Positions 39,299 through 48,932 of a stretch of 64,000 nucleotides of DNA are shown here, piece by piece (position 1 is the stretch's first letter; each line of letters starts with the position of its first letter). This DNA comes from Nitrospirota bacterium (GTDB lineage Bacteria > Nitrospirota > Nitrospiria > Nitrospirales > Nitrospiraceae), in assembly GCA_963701855.1 (NCBI GenBank), contig CAVPBK010000001.1:1-64000 (forward strand). Direction: 5' to 3'. The notes below the pieces were generated by a model. It was not told the DNA's origin. It searched no databases and saw only the letters and a program-made list of their open reading frames with translations. The position numbers and the translations under genes were made by a program.

Positions 39299-40138
39299 TT
39301 ACATCCCGATCGTTTCGATTGCCTGCATGTCTTCAGCGGTGAGAGTGAGCTGTTCAGCCTGAAGATCGTCCTTCATATGCTGTGGGTTCGTGGTGCCGGT
39401 CAAGGGCAGCATCCCGACCTGCATCGCAAACCGAAACACGACTTGCGCGAGACCTGTCCCTAAACGCTGAGCAATGACCCTCATGCCTGGATCGGCAAAG
39501 ATCTCTCGATTGGCAGTCAACAGCGAAAAGCCTTGATAGATAATGCCATGGGTTCGGCAAATTTCCCGCACCTCTTTGTCCCATCCGAACGCAGCATAAC
39601 AGCGGTTTTGCACCATCATGGGTTTCACCGCCGCCCGGGTACACAGTTGGGTGAGCTGCTCAGCCGTCACATTGCTGATGCCGATCATTTTCGTTTTCCC
39701 CGACCGATAGAGCCCTTCGATGGCGGCCCACACTTCCCAGTCCGCAGTGCCCAATCCCTGTCGCTGATAGGGCCCGTGCAAGACATAGGAGTCAAGATAG
39801 TCGGTGTGCAGGTGGGCCAACGAGCTGTCAAAGGACTGAGTCACTTGGGTGGTGAGATTGGCTGAAACATCGTAGGGGGTGCGATGGTCCTGGCCATTCG
39901 TCGGCGTAAACTTGGTCTGGAGAAACAGACGATCTCGCGTGACCCCTTGCTGCACGAGAGTCAGTAAGGCCTCCCCCACCAACGCTTCCTGATAATGGAT
40001 CAGTTGGTTGGCCGTATCGATAGCTGTAAAACCCGCCGCCACGGCTAGCTGCACCAGTTGCGTCGTGGCTTCCTTTTTCCAAGCTGTGCCATACATGAAC
40101 GAAGGAACCGGCACATTGTTATAGGCGGTCAAGGCCAT
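39299..40138 (-). CDS. Aldo/keto reductase
   Basis: YGTAW, IDTA, LFLQTKF, DSYVLHGP, IGISN. Confidence 0.9.
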   Translation of the reverse strand: MALTAYNNVPVPSFMYGTAWKKEATTQLVQLAVAAGFTAIDTANQLIHYQEALVGEALLTLVQQGVTRDRLFLQTKFTPTNGQDHRTPYDVSANLTTQVTQSFDSSLAHLHTDYLDSYVLHGPYQRQGLGTADWEVWAAIEGLYRSGKTKMIGISNVTAEQLTQLCTRAAVKPMMVQNRCYAAFGWDKEVREICRTHGIIYQGFSLLTANREIFADPGMRVIAQRLGTGLAQVVFRFAMQVGMLPLTGTTNPQHMKDDLQAEQLTLTAEDMQAIETIGM

Positions 40139-40198
40139 GATGTATTCTCCAAGGCGAACAGACTGCTGATACTTGAGGGAGGTCTACGCTGTGATCCT

Positions 40199-40794
40199 TT
40201 ACGAAGAGGCGGAACGCTGGGCTCGAATGAGGTCCGACACCGGATAACCCAACTGCTGAGCTCGCTCGACCAGACGCCCGTACGTAGGCTCGCCAGCTGA
40301 GGGGTCCGAGACAGGATTCAGAGGAATCGACGATCCGGAGTCTCCACCTTCGCGATCCGATACTCTGGATCGAGATCGAGATTCCAATAATTCCCGTCGC
40401 GAGATGAGCCAAACAGCCTCGCGAACCAGTTGCCGAAGACCACCGTGAGTCGCGCGTTCGTCTTGGCATTGACCACCGTCGCCACTCCTTCTGCCTGCTC
40501 AACCCCGCCGGATTTAGTCACACTCTCATTGTGCACACCAACCGCACCGCCAGGACGGCTGAATTATATCGCCTTGGAGTCCACGCAGTGACGCTGAAAC
40601 CACATCGGGAGCCGTGCAATTTCATGCCAGGTACCGGCATAGTGGGAGAGATCCATCGATGTGACCGTCAGCAGATCACCTCTCGAATCTACTCCTGCAC
40701 AGACCCCCAACATGAGGCACAAGAACGCCGGCACAAAACCGGCGCTCACAGAACCTGAACGGTTAGCTCCGCGTCGTATCGGCGACGTCCCCAT
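40199..40794 (-). pseudogene. blc: Bacterial lipocalin (Blc-like) pseudogene
   Basis: DLSHYAGTWHEIARLPMWFQRHC, GNYW..LDPEY, ILSRTP; in-frame TAA 40564-40566, TGA 40318-40320 and a frameshift near 40290. Confidence 0.85.
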
Positions 40795-40841
40795 CAAAAA
40801 CAGCATCTCATCCGGCCTCGCGCTGTTTCCCAAGAGCGATG

Positions 40842-42110
40842 TTATTTCCGGACGGCAATCCCGTGGGGATCCGCCGTTTCGTTTCCGTCTTTCATATTCA
40901 TAACGGTCGCCTGCCCCTTATAGTGACCGACTTTCCCTCCGCCATCCACATGAATGACACCGACGCCTGGAATAGTTCCTTTGGCATTGTGCGCCATCTT
41001 GTCATTCCCTGTAAGCGGGGTAGGACCGCGCAGGCTGACGAACACATACTGATTATCCGGTGCGTTGTCCAAGAGATCAGGAGCTGGATCCTTGTTCCCA
41101 TCTGTCACTAAATCGATCGAGCCCACGCTCAAGTTTGAGACTGTATCGATGACTTCGATATTGTTTCCTGCTCGGTCAGCACTCCAGACATAACGTCCGA
41201 CCGCGGCCATCCCATGGGAGTCGGCAAATTGATCATCCCGTTGAGACACCAACTTGGCGGAAACAGATTTTGGAAGGGTGGATAGGTTGAGGGCATATAC
41301 ATCATAAGAAAGAGGCGCCACCGGCCAGCCGCCACCGGAATTAATATACATCGTCTCGCCGACCTGAATGCCGCCACAGCCGGCAGGATGGATCTCATTA
41401 TTATTGAGTGTGGCCACAAGGCTCATCGGCGTGGTGGTGACATCAAATACGAATAGCCCACCTCCCCGCAGCGTGACAAAAGCATAGCGACTGGATGACT
41501 CCGTGATGGGGCATATCGGGGAGGTATCCGGGCGTTCCCCACCCTCCAACAAGGCAAGATTCACCACATCTTTCTCGGGATCAAAGCTGAATGTATGAGC
41601 CGCATAGTCGGTCCAAATACGGACAAATTTCTTTTCGATGATATTCGCCGCAATCGCCATCTTCTGGTTAGGCGTCGGCCAGGCCGCATGGGCATTCTTC
41701 CCCATCGATAAACAGGCCTCCGGCTTACGCGTCTTGGCATCCATGAAAAGCACGTGGCCGCTCAGGAATGAGAGGATCACATGACTCTGGTCCTTATTGA
41801 AGAACAACATATGCGGACGCCGGACTGGTTTCTTAGTCGCCGCTTCGCAAAAGGTGTTGACCTCGCCCGAAAGATCGATGGTAATGGCCGGTTTTGCAGC
41901 GGCAGGATTCGCCGCGAGCGCCGCACCATCATAGATATAGAGAAAGCCGCCGCTTTCTTTCGCCGTATCAGATTGATCCGTCAGCCACACTTCATAAGCG
42001 GAAGCCTGAGCCATACCTCCGATTCCTGCCCCTGCCCCAACTAGGGTGGTCGCCACGAGAGCGAGAGTAAGACGAGACAGACCGCTGCTCGACAAACCGT
42101 GAATTGTCAT
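40842..42110 (-). CDS. Secreted beta-propeller protein (YncE/YVTN-like), His-rich
   Basis: Signal peptide; blade-like repeats RPHM, NAHA, DSHG, DPHG; NNIEVIDT. Confidence 0.75.
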   Translation of the reverse strand: MTIHGLSSSGLSRLTLALVATTLVGAGAGIGGMAQASAYEVWLTDQSDTAKESGGFLYIYDGAALAANPAAAKPAITIDLSGEVNTFCEAATKKPVRRPHMLFFNKDQSHVILSFLSGHVLFMDAKTRKPEACLSMGKNAHAAWPTPNQKMAIAANIIEKKFVRIWTDYAAHTFSFDPEKDVVNLALLEGGERPDTSPICPITESSSRYAFVTLRGGGLFVFDVTTTPMSLVATLNNNEIHPAGCGGIQVGETMYINSGGGWPVAPLSYDVYALNLSTLPKSVSAKLVSQRDDQFADSHGMAAVGRYVWSADRAGNNIEVIDTVSNLSVGSIDLVTDGNKDPAPDLLDNAPDNQYVFVSLRGPTPLTGNDKMAHNAKGTIPGVGVIHVDGGGKVGHYKGQATVMNMKDGNETADPHGIAVRK

Positions 42111-42249
42111 AATCGGTCTCCTTCAATCAGACGTGATAGGCGTGAATTCAGTCGCTTGCTAACAGACAATGACCATCGCACAAGTAGAATCGACTATAGG
42201 GTAAGAGAATTCTCGTGGGAGATCAATGGTCTATCTGACTCGCAGGATG

Positions 42250-42915
42250 CTAAAATATCTGTCCAGCGACCCATGAGACATGATCGGCGCTCTGTAAATC
42301 TATTTCGAGCAGAACCACACTGCCGGGCTCCTTGGAATCGAGTCGGATCGGCATCCGATCGACAGCCAGTTTGGCCAAGGGCACCGCAACGATATGTGGG
42401 ACCTTGATCGAGGGGTTGGAATAGAGCCTGATCCGGACATTCTTTTGGCGCTCACTCGCCGTCAACTGAGACTTGAGGGTTGCCTCCACGAATCCCACCA
42501 GCATCCCACTACCGTCGGCAAATTTATGAATCTCAAAGGCATTGGAGACGGGCGGCATCTGTTCCAACGAGAGATCCGGACTCCGTGTAATCAAGGCCAT
42601 TCCCAGGACCTTCGGAGCAATAAACCCAAAGCTCCCCATTGGCGCAACCGAGAAACGGATCACCGAGGTGTCGGAACTGAATTCAGATACCCTGTTTTTA
42701 GCACGTAATTGACGCCGCAACTCCACTTCACTTCGAGTCGTCTTGATAAAAACTGCCTGGGGTGCATTTTTTCCTACAGGAAACACCTCCATTTTGCCTG
42801 CTGGTGCCCCAAGCGACGCAGGGACGAGGCTCATGAAGGTTAAACCCAGCAGCGTGCCGATGATGGGGTAATGAACAGACGTGGGTCGAGTTCTTCGTGG
42901 ATCTGTCTCAGACAT
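42250..42915 (-). CDS. Hypothetical exported protein
   Basis: ORF with signal-like hydrophobic segment; no recognised motif. Confidence 0.55.
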   Translation of the reverse strand: MSETDPRRTRPTSVHYPIIGTLLGLTFMSLVPASLGAPAGKMEVFPVGKNAPQAVFIKTTRSEVELRRQLRAKNRVSEFSSDTSVIRFSVAPMGSFGFIAPKVLGMALITRSPDLSLEQMPPVSNAFEIHKFADGSGMLVGFVEATLKSQLTASERQKNVRIRLYSNPSIKVPHIVAVPLAKLAVDRMPIRLDSKEPGSVVLLEIDLQSADHVSWVAGQIF

Positions 42916-43087
42916 GGGAATGATTCTCTTTGTGAGACGGTCACATTGATGCAAGATTGCAAGAAGGCGGTTGGCTAAAATCAAACCGATTTGTGAAGGG
43001 TGTCGCGCTGCGAAACGAGGTCGGATATATTACTTCACTGCATGATGTCGGGGTGCAGGGTCTGTCTCTCAGTCTTTCCGGACCGAC

Positions 43088-44389
43088 TCATTCCTTCGAA
43101 TCAGATCCCGCAGAGCGTGACAGCGACGTTCTCTCTGCTTTGCCGGATTGACGCTGTCCCGTAAAGATGATTCTCGCGCTCGGCTTGAATGTGAGGTAGT
43201 ACCAGATCCATTCCGACATCACCCGCACGCGATTGCGGAACCAGATCAGTGAGTAGATATGCACCAGGCACCAGAGTAGCCAGGCAACCAACCCAGATAA
43301 GTGCAATTGGCCTATCTGAGCCACGGCTTGTGCGCGCCCAATCGTAGCCAGCATGCCTCGATCCGCGTAGACAAACGGCCGACGCTGGCCCGGAGCGGTC
43401 TCCTCACGAATGAGCATCGCGACATAGCGGCCTTGCTGCATAGCGACGGGAGCCAGTCCCGGCAGGGGATCCCCGCCCGCATCGTCACAATGCGCGGCAT
43501 CGCCGATGACAAAGATCCAGGAATCGCCTGGAATCGTCAGATCCGGTTGAACTTTGATCCGGCCGGACCCGTCTTGAGGAACTGCGAGCGAACTCAAAAG
43601 CGGCGACGCCATATTGCCGGCCGCCCAGACGACATTCGTGGATCGAACGAGTTTACCTCCAATCACAACGCCATCGGCGCGAATCTCACTCACCGGACTA
43701 TTGAGCTTGATCGTGACGCCCTTGTGTTCGAGCGCAGCCGTCGCTTTCGCTGACAAGTCGGGGTTGAACCCTGGCAGAATGCGAGAGCCGCCTTCCACGA
43801 GCAGAATAGCGAGATCATCGAGACGCAAGTTCGGAAAGTCCGGCCCCATGGCCTTCCGCCCGAGTTCCGCCAATGCACCGGCCAACTCCACGCCGGTGGG
43901 ACCTCCCCCCACGATCACGAAGTTGAGCTGATCCCCCGTTCCGGCGACGACTCGTCGTCGTTCGGCCTCCTCAAATGCCAGCAGCATCCTCTCGCGAAGG
44001 TAGACCGCGTCGGCGAGGGTCTTGATCCCTGGCGCGTACTGTTCCCACGCGTCGTGCCCGAAATAGGAGTGCCGTGATCCGGGCGCGACAATGAGGGCAT
44101 CGAACGCAATCGGCGTACTTTCCCGCAATCGTACGAGACGCGCTGCTCGATCGATGGACAGGACTTCGTCCATAACCACGCGAACATGCGGGTGCCGTCG
44201 AAAGATCGTCCGTAACGGCCAGGCGATATCGCCCGGAGACAGCGCGGCAGTGGCCACTTGATAGAGCAACGGTTGAAAGAGGTGATGATTGGTACGGTCG
44301 ATAAGCCACACGTCGGCATCACGCAACGATTGCGCGGCCGTCAGGCCTCCGAAACCACCTCCGATGATGACGACCTGCTTGTAAGGCAT
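43088..44389 (-). CDS. ndh: Type II NADH:quinone oxidoreductase
   Basis: IIGGGFGG, HLFQPLLYQVATA, VGGGPTGVELAG, APVAMQQG. Confidence 0.93.
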   Translation of the reverse strand: MPYKQVVIIGGGFGGLTAAQSLRDADVWLIDRTNHHLFQPLLYQVATAALSPGDIAWPLRTIFRRHPHVRVVMDEVLSIDRAARLVRLRESTPIAFDALIVAPGSRHSYFGHDAWEQYAPGIKTLADAVYLRERMLLAFEEAERRRVVAGTGDQLNFVIVGGGPTGVELAGALAELGRKAMGPDFPNLRLDDLAILLVEGGSRILPGFNPDLSAKATAALEHKGVTIKLNSPVSEIRADGVVIGGKLVRSTNVVWAAGNMASPLLSSLAVPQDGSGRIKVQPDLTIPGDSWIFVIGDAAHCDDAGGDPLPGLAPVAMQQGRYVAMLIREETAPGQRRPFVYADRGMLATIGRAQAVAQIGQLHLSGLVAWLLWCLVHIYSLIWFRNRVRVMSEWIWYYLTFKPSARIIFTGQRQSGKAERTSLSRSAGSDSKE

Positions 44390-44493
44390 GAAAGGGAATC
44401 AGATCCAGGCTACGTTCCGGGGACGCAGGTGTCAACTTTTGAAGGGATCGATGCCGCGCCCCGCGAAACGGGGAACACACTGTTTGAGCTAGT

Positions 44494-45540
44494 TTAGGTT
44501 CGCTCCAGAGCAAGCAGTTGCTTTTTACGCTCAAGCCCCCAGCGATAGCCCGCAAGGCGCCCATTGCCACGAACGACTCGATGACAAGGGATGGCGATCG
44601 CGACGAGATTGCCGGCACAGGCTCTAGCCACGGCACGAGCTGCCGCCGGTTGCCTGATCACTCGCGCAATCTCTTGATAGGACCTGGTCTGTCCGCGAGG
44701 AATCTGTTGCAGCGCCTGCCACACCTTTCGTTGAAAGGCCGTCGTCTTCACGTCTAGCGGGAGGCGATCCCTATCCACGCTCCCGTTGAGGCACTGGAGA
44801 AGATGATACACATGCTTCTCCAATTCCTTCCTGTCTCGACGAAGCACCGCCTTCGGATAGTCGCTGCGAAGCGACGCGACCAGCGCCGCTTCGGTATCTC
44901 CAAGACTCACAGCCGCAATACCCCGCTCCGTGACTGCCATAAGCATGCGACCGACAGCCGTTGATACGGTGGTATAACGAAGCGTGACTCCTCTCCCACC
45001 GGAGCGAAACGCGGAGGGCGTCATGCCAAAGTCTTCATGCATTCGTGCGTACAAACGGCTGCTGGAACCGAACCCGGCTTCGTAGGTCGCGTTCGTCACG
45101 GTCTCACCTCGTTTCAAAGATGCAGTAAACCGCTCCATTCTCTTGGCATCTTGGTATGCCTTCGGAGAGATCCCGACCGATTTCGCGAAGGTCCGTTGCA
45201 GATGAAACGGACTGAGTCCGACGTGAGCGGCCAGCCGTCGAAGTGTGATTGGCTCGTCCGCATGCCCATCCAGATAGCACCGCGCTCGTTCAATCCGCTC
45301 TTCTACCTCTGCGCCGGCAACCGACCGAGGCCGGCAGCGCAAGCAGGCGCGAAATCCTGCCGACTCTGCCAGTTGCGGCGAATCGAAAAACGTCACATGG
45401 TTGCGACTCGCGCGGCGAGAGGGACAAGAAGGATGGCAATACACTCCCGTTGAAGACACCGCGTAGACGAAGCGGCCATTAGCACGACGATCACGATTCA
45501 GCACGGCCTCCCACGCATAGTCTGCACTGACTGACGGCAT
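44494..45540 (-). CDS. ada: Bifunctional regulator/O6-methylguanine-DNA methyltransferase Ada
   Basis: Zn site CHPSC and RACLRC, AraC HTH, IPCHRVV. Confidence 0.95.
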   Translation of the reverse strand: MPSVSADYAWEAVLNRDRRANGRFVYAVSSTGVYCHPSCPSRRASRNHVTFFDSPQLAESAGFRACLRCRPRSVAGAEVEERIERARCYLDGHADEPITLRRLAAHVGLSPFHLQRTFAKSVGISPKAYQDAKRMERFTASLKRGETVTNATYEAGFGSSSRLYARMHEDFGMTPSAFRSGGRGVTLRYTTVSTAVGRMLMAVTERGIAAVSLGDTEAALVASLRSDYPKAVLRRDRKELEKHVYHLLQCLNGSVDRDRLPLDVKTTAFQRKVWQALQQIPRGQTRSYQEIARVIRQPAAARAVARACAGNLVAIAIPCHRVVRGNGRLAGYRWGLERKKQLLALERT

Positions 45541-45665
45541 GAACCCTCTCCCCTCGTTGGGCCATAATACCGCCGGAACGGGTCGAGGCACTATCCGATT
45601 GTTGCGCTCAAAATCCGACAGTAGAGCTCTGCGGTGTGGCGAAGACGCCTGACAACACTTCGCAG

Positions 45666-46217
45666 TTAGTCGTACAGAGGAGCCGCGCGAAGAAGCTTCC
45701 GCATCTCCCAGAACGATGGATGAGGCTCGTTCAATTGAGGATCCTTCAAGTCGATTTGAACATTGTAGAGAGGAGTTTCCACGGTTCCCACTTGGGTAAC
45801 CTGATACCAGCAATCGTACTTTTGCCCCCAGCGATCCAGATACCGTAGCCGGATATAGCCATTGTTAATAGGCTTTGCGCGAACCGGTGCCTCCGGACCC
45901 AAGACGATAGAGGCCACGTGCTTCTGATACCGTGGACCGCGAGGATAGACTTTCTTCACGGCAAAATTACCTTCCCACCCACCCATGTGCAGAAGACAAT
46001 CATACGCCATACCCCCACCCACATTCTCGATTTCCGGGTAAACGGTGAGGACGTTCCCTGAACTCATCACAGACAGGTTTGTAATCCGAAGATCAGGTTG
46101 CTCCGCGCGGAACTCCTCCTTTGTTCGGGTCACAAACGCATACAAATAGAACGCGGCAATAGCCCCGACAACGAGGAGAGCAACCAAGCCAAGCAGCCAC
46201 AACCAATCCATGACCAC
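45666..46217 (-). CDS. Hypothetical single-pass membrane protein
   Basis: N-terminal TM, 183 aa ORF. Confidence 0.7.
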   Translation of the reverse strand: MVMDWLWLLGLVALLVVGAIAAFYLYAFVTRTKEEFRAEQPDLRITNLSVMSSGNVLTVYPEIENVGGGMAYDCLLHMGGWEGNFAVKKVYPRGPRYQKHVASIVLGPEAPVRAKPINNGYIRLRYLDRWGQKYDCWYQVTQVGTVETPLYNVQIDLKDPQLNEPHPSFWEMRKLLRAAPLYD

Positions 46218-46334
46218 TGAAAACTTCCAGTGAGTTTTTTTCGCAGAAGCTGAAATGGAGAGAGGCTACGTTCTAACACGACAAGTGTCAACCAGAAGAA
46301 GCAGGAAATGTCGGCACATCAAGAGGAAGAATGT

Positions 46335-46436
46335 CGCGCGTTGCGCGAGTACAGAAGATCATCAGGCTCCATCCCCTCCTCTGTCTTTCTGATCGTGCGG
46401 CCTCGGCGAGCAAGAAGGATGGTCTGGCAACTCCCT
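46335..46436 (+). repeat. Hairpin repeat family H, partial copies
   Basis: CGCGCGTTGCGCGAGTACAGAAGATCATCAGGCTCCATCCC and GCGAGCAAGAAGG match other copies. Confidence 0.75.
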
Positions 46437-46481
46437 CCCCCTATTTGCAAAAGCTTGGAATCGGCGTGTGAAATCCGGCGT

Positions 46482-46511
46482 ACCAGGGCCTCTTTTACTA
46501 GAGGCCCTGGT
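46482..46511 (-). terminator. Stem-loop behind duplicated gene, copy 1
   Basis: ACCAGGGCCTCT-6nt-AGAGGCCCTGGT perfect 12-bp stem; weak U-tail. Confidence 0.55.
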
Positions 46512-46537
46512 GGCCGTGAAGATGGCTGATAGCAGCG

Positions 46538-46903
46538 CTATTCCACTTCGACGATAATGGTGTGGGTAGCCGTGACAAGATCGTGGTCCTTCGTGGCGCC
46601 AGTCACGGTGATCTTGTGATCTCCCTTGCTCAGGCCCTTGAACGTCCCGGAAAAGCCTTTCTGATACTGACCGTCCAGGTACACATGGACATGCGTCGCT
46701 TGAGAGCCCTTGGTCAACTCATATTTCAACTCAAAGCTGTCGTCGACCTCATCCCCGTCCTTGGGAGATGTAATGACAACCTTCGATCCGTCTTCGACTG
46801 GTGGCTTAACTGGTTTATCCGCTGCAAAGACTGGTGCCCCGCTGAAGCAGCTCGCTAACACGATCCCTAGTCCCATGAGCCCGATACGTCCCATCATCTG
46901 CAT
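46538..46903 (-). CDS. Small secreted Ig-like protein, paralog 1
   Basis: Signal peptide, VVITSPKDGD, HVHVYLDG, GDHKITV..DH; GGAGG RBS. Confidence 0.8.
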   Translation of the reverse strand: MQMMGRIGLMGLGIVLASCFSGAPVFAADKPVKPPVEDGSKVVITSPKDGDEVDDSFELKYELTKGSQATHVHVYLDGQYQKGFSGTFKGLSKGDHKITVTGATKDHDLVTATHTIIVEVE

Positions 46904-47010
46904 CGCGACCTCCTTAGTTGAATCAACTGAATGGACATTGCAACTTACCATCGCCTGTGGGCTATCTGCTTGTCTGATTTCCCATCGCTCTCCGGTGGAG
47001 AATATCCGGC

Positions 47011-47039
47011 AATCTACTTCTCAGAATTGCCCCCGTCAA
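47011..47039 (-). promoter_or_regulatory. Sigma70 promoter, paralog 1
   Basis: TTGACG-17bp-TAGATT; conserved in the duplicate. Confidence 0.6.
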
Positions 47040-47083
47040 CCCGAACATGCGCGCATCGAAGTGCTTTTCTATCTTCTCCCTTC

Positions 47084-47177
47084 AGGGCAGGCTAGAAGGT
47101 CTCCCTCTGCGCGTGTTCAACGAGGGTCTTCCGAGACCGCGCGTTGCACGAGCACAGGAGATCCTCTAGCCTGCCCT
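47084..47177 (+). repeat. Hairpin repeat family H, full copy
   Basis: AGGGCAGGCTAGA...TCTAGCCTGCCCT 13-bp stem around the conserved core; TCCAAGCT follows. Confidence 0.85.
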
Positions 47178-47337
47178 CACATGCTCATTCCAAGCTCGCT
47201 TACCTATCTCACCCTTATTGAACAGACTGCCAAGAAATTAAAAAAGGGGGGAGGTACAGTCTCCAGTTGATATCGTTGAGCAATTTGTTAGATGATAATG
47301 GGTTAGACAGCGATATCAGACAATGGGGGTGGATATC

Positions 47338-47520
47338 ATGACAAAAGCGCAAGCTGCTGCGTTACGCGAGAAGTGGGAAGAGGGAGAAAATCTTCCATGT
47401 AAGCATCTGCACCTGGAATTGGAACACAACAACAACGATTATTTGACGGACAACTATCACTGTACTGCCTGCGGTGAATTGGTTGCCGCCAACACCCGTG
47501 ATCCCTTTCAAGTCATCTGA
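47338..47520 (+). CDS. Small putative Zn-ribbon protein
   Basis: 60 aa with CKH and CTAC motifs. Confidence 0.6.
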   Translation: MTKAQAAALREKWEEGENLPCKHLHLELEHNNNDYLTDNYHCTACGELVAANTRDPFQVI

Positions 47521-47686
47521 CCCCGACCAAGCCATCATCCCCACGTCTTCAGGATCCGAAATCGGGGTTCACTGAGCGAAAACGTCACCTGCGCGCGAAG
47601 CATCTCTGAAAGTGTCTGAAAATGTCGGACAGGCTCCTGGCCATGCACAGAACCATTCTGTGAACATCTCGTGGCAGTGGATACTC

Positions 47687-48370
47687 CTATCTCCGCAAGA
47701 AGCCGATCCACCGCCACAGGTTCAACAGACTCGCCAGGGAGGCCGCCACATAGGTCAGCGCGGCCGCGGTGAGGATGCGGCGGGCCCCCTGCTCGTCTTC
47801 AGGCGATAGATAGTTTCTTTGCTGGAGTATCGGCAGTGCACGCCTGAAACTGGCGTCCCACTCGACTGGAAGCGTGACAAGGTGCACAAGCGTGGAGATC
47901 CCCATCGTGGCCATCCCGGCAACCAGAACAAATACACCCGCCACAGGGGTCTGAGCTAACGCCACCGCAATCGGAATGCCCATCATCACTACCCCTCCGA
48001 GCTTTTCAGCCCCGTGCGCGACCCGCACAAGTCGCGTACGCTCCGTGAACGGCCGATAGCCTGCATGGTCTTGGATGGCATGCCCGACCTCGTGAGCGGC
48101 AACGGTGATAGCGGTGAGGGATTTCCCATTGAATTTATCGGGTGTCAGGCGGACGGCTTTAGTCTCAGGGTCGTAATGGTCACCCAGTTCGGTCGTTTCC
48201 ACCTTGATGTGCGTCATGTCTAACCGATCGAGCAGGTGCCGCGCTAACTCCGCTCCAGTTCCCGGATAGTCGGGACGGGGCATACTATGCTGGGCAAACA
48301 CCCGCCTGGTCCATAGTTGTGGACCGAATATGACGATACCGACAATGATCAACAGCAGGGCTATACGCAC
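47687..48370 (-). CDS. Neutral zinc metallopeptidase (YugP-like)
   Basis: DHYDP, VAAHEVGHAIQ, TLPVEWDASFRRA, AAALTYVA. Confidence 0.92.
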   Translation of the reverse strand: MRIALLLIIVGIVIFGPQLWTRRVFAQHSMPRPDYPGTGAELARHLLDRLDMTHIKVETTELGDHYDPETKAVRLTPDKFNGKSLTAITVAAHEVGHAIQDHAGYRPFTERTRLVRVAHGAEKLGGVVMMGIPIAVALAQTPVAGVFVLVAGMATMGISTLVHLVTLPVEWDASFRRALPILQQRNYLSPEDEQGARRILTAAALTYVAASLASLLNLWRWIGFLRR

Positions 48371-48524
48371 CCTATACCCCCTACCCTCCTATCGGGCGAG
48401 GCACTCGGCCAAGGCCATCGGCAAACACATGTGTGGGAGTGCCCCCTTTTTCACTCACGTTAACACAATGGACGGATGAAAAAGACGGGTAACAAACTTC
48501 CAGGAAATTAAGTGGGACAGTACA

Positions 48525-48717
48525 CTGCGCGTGTCCGACGAGGGTCTTCCGAGACCGAGCGTTGCACGAGCACAGGAGATCATCAGGCTCCATCCCTTCC
48601 TCTGCTCCAAACATCTACAAAGGGGAGTGGCCAAGGTTGCCCTTGACTGCGCGCATCGAGCGACCGCTGCTTTATCGCGGGGCTCTGCGAGCGAGAAGGG
48701 CACCTTGCCGCTCCCCT
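48525..48717 (+). repeat. Hairpin repeat family H, tandem partial plus full copies
   Basis: 48525-48597 near-identical to the 47107-47163 core; 48621-48717 stem AGGGGAGTGGCCAAGG/CCTTGCCGCTCCCCT. Confidence 0.85.
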
Positions 48718-48932
48718 CCCCCCTTCCAAACTCCCTCGCACTTTTCCCTCAAAGGATAGCCCGGATCTATCCTTGCTGCGCCTATCAACTGAACACCGCC
48801 TATCCTCTCCCTGCCTCTCTATTTGACCAGCTAACAGCCCTTTCTCTCATCTTGTGACTAGCCTGATCTGTTCGTCTGTGCTATAGACCGCGCATCGGGT
48901 CGCACCGAACAACCTCGAAAGACACAAGCACG

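Noticed and set aside
48381..48857. Short ORFs overlapping repeats (also 46308-46529, 51031-51526, 52297-52659, 53715-53951, 61424-61913, 62466-62951)
   Set aside because: They translate repeat family H or the 9-mer palindromes (e.g. FWFVWFVSF, ARIER) and lack RBS support.
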